Positions 62,596 through 64,000 of a stretch of 64,000 bases of DNA are shown here, piece after piece. Source of the DNA: Raillietiella orientalis (taxonomy: Eukaryota); assembly GCA_036172245.1 (NCBI GenBank), contig JAYWIR010000060.1, positions 434,001 to 498,000 on the forward strand. Reading direction: 5' to 3'. The position numbers were made by a program, and so were the translations under genes. The notes below the pieces were generated by a model that saw only the letters and a program-made list of their open reading frames with translations, was not told where the DNA came from and did no database searches. Within the stretch, counting starts at the first letter, position 1, and every line of letters begins with the position of its first letter.

Positions 62596-64000
62596 CTGGA
62601 ATGGAAAAGAAGAGCGACCGGTGATGCTGTCAACCTTGGTGCCTGGTTGCAGTGGGAACCTCCATTAAAACAACCTTGGGCAGGGGTGCGTGCGTGTGTG
62701 TTTGAAACAGCCTGCCTGCTGTGTATTGGGTATAATTATCAAACCGCTCAATCAATGTACAAAAAAGTGCGCGAGATTATGAAAATCAGAGGAGAACTGG
62801 ACTGCAGGGGTGCACGTCTGCTTTTCTGTTTATTTATCATTGGAGTTACTTGAAGAAATGGGTAGAAATCGTTCCTCATCATTATTTTATCAGTGCACTG
62901 GCAGCATGGCATGATTGCTCAATCCACGGTGTTCCCCCCTCCCCTTTTTTTCCCTCCCCCTTCCCCCAGGTGGAAAGTGTGCGTTGAAAGGTGTTGGCGG
63001 ATTGGCCTTTGGCATAAGGGAAGATTGCACGGAGGAGTGCACGAATTTTGCGCTTTTCACAATATTTTTTTAACGAAACAAGGTTTTACCTTTTTTAAAA
63101 AAAAATAAAAATATATATATATATAAATCTGTCTCGTTGTTCGATCACCAGCCTGTTGACTGCGTTCCTGTTCCCGAAAAAGCGTTTTCGTAATGGTTCT
63201 GTCGGGTGTGAGCGATTTCACATGGGACCAGCGTGGGATGCTTCTCGCGTTCATCTCTTTTGCATCCACTGCGAGGTCGAAACGCGCATTCCCTGAAGGG
63301 CCGGTTGATCTTTCTGTGGAATAGAAAAATGGTCCAGCTCTTCGCGCGCTGTGTTGAACGGATCGGTTCCAGTAGTTTCGTGGAGTTGAAGGTATACAAT
63401 ATTTTATCACGCATTTTTCCTTTCTCGGCCGCGCTGATGTACTCGAGCGGAATGTTTGCTTCAAAGACAACAGCTCCAGGCTTTCAGGAATTCATCTCGG
63501 TGCAAGTGATGGTTGAAATAACCATGGAGATCTCTAGTCATTACCAAGAGGCGCGAACGGGAATGCGTGTAAAAACCTGCTTATTAAGCCGAAGAGAAAT
63601 TGCGGCTCATGGAACGCCCATCCTTGTGTTGTGCACACTCGGTATATAGTGTTGCCGAGAACGCAGGAAAATGGTCCATTACTGGATGCGAGCACGGCTG
63701 CCCATCCTCTCAGCAGGCAGGGTGCCTCTCGTTCATCCGTGAAAAGTGAAGCAGATTTTTCGCATTCCTTTCCTGTCCTTTGATGCAGCAAGGATGAAAA
63801 CTTGCGCACGGCGGCGGTCGCAGTTTTTTCCGACCTTTCGTCGAGCCACATCTGCTGCAACCACGGCCTGGACGTCGCCGTAGCAACGTGTGCTAACAGT
63901 GGATGCTTTGGTTTGCCTTTTTCCACAAAAAAGGTGCCTTTTAGAATCGCATCTGTCTCAGCCCTGCCGCGAATGTTCGCCCACACGAAAGTGTTGGGGC

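Overview
Invertebrate (ecdysozoan) nuclear DNA with many tiny 42-90 nt spliceosomal introns; a basal (clade I-type) nematode is my guess and is inference only. Hand-spliced gene models, left to right: 5' part of an unidentified minus-strand gene (runs off the left edge), RPS6 (-), GOPC/PIST (-), a 21-exon myosin VI (-) inside a ~15.5 kb very GC-rich block, and EFL1 (+), whose last ~110 codons are not in the window. Antisense to EFL1, downstream of its last visible splice donor, lie two secreted Cys-rich genes of the Argos fold: argos/giant-lens (3' exons at 61.5-62.6 kb) and a complete 5-exon two-domain Argos-like gene (42585-43967). The ORF track does not show the latter as one gene, and its stop codon overlaps an EFL1 coding exon. 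Other signals: strong CpG depletion confined to housekeeping gene bodies, two GC-AG introns in EFL1, a skewed distribution of 3n stop-free introns in myosin VI, and a dispersed ~150 nt GC-rich repeat family. I found no tRNA, rRNA, CRISPR array or intact transposon ORF. Most long ORFs in the GC-rich block are compositional artefacts.
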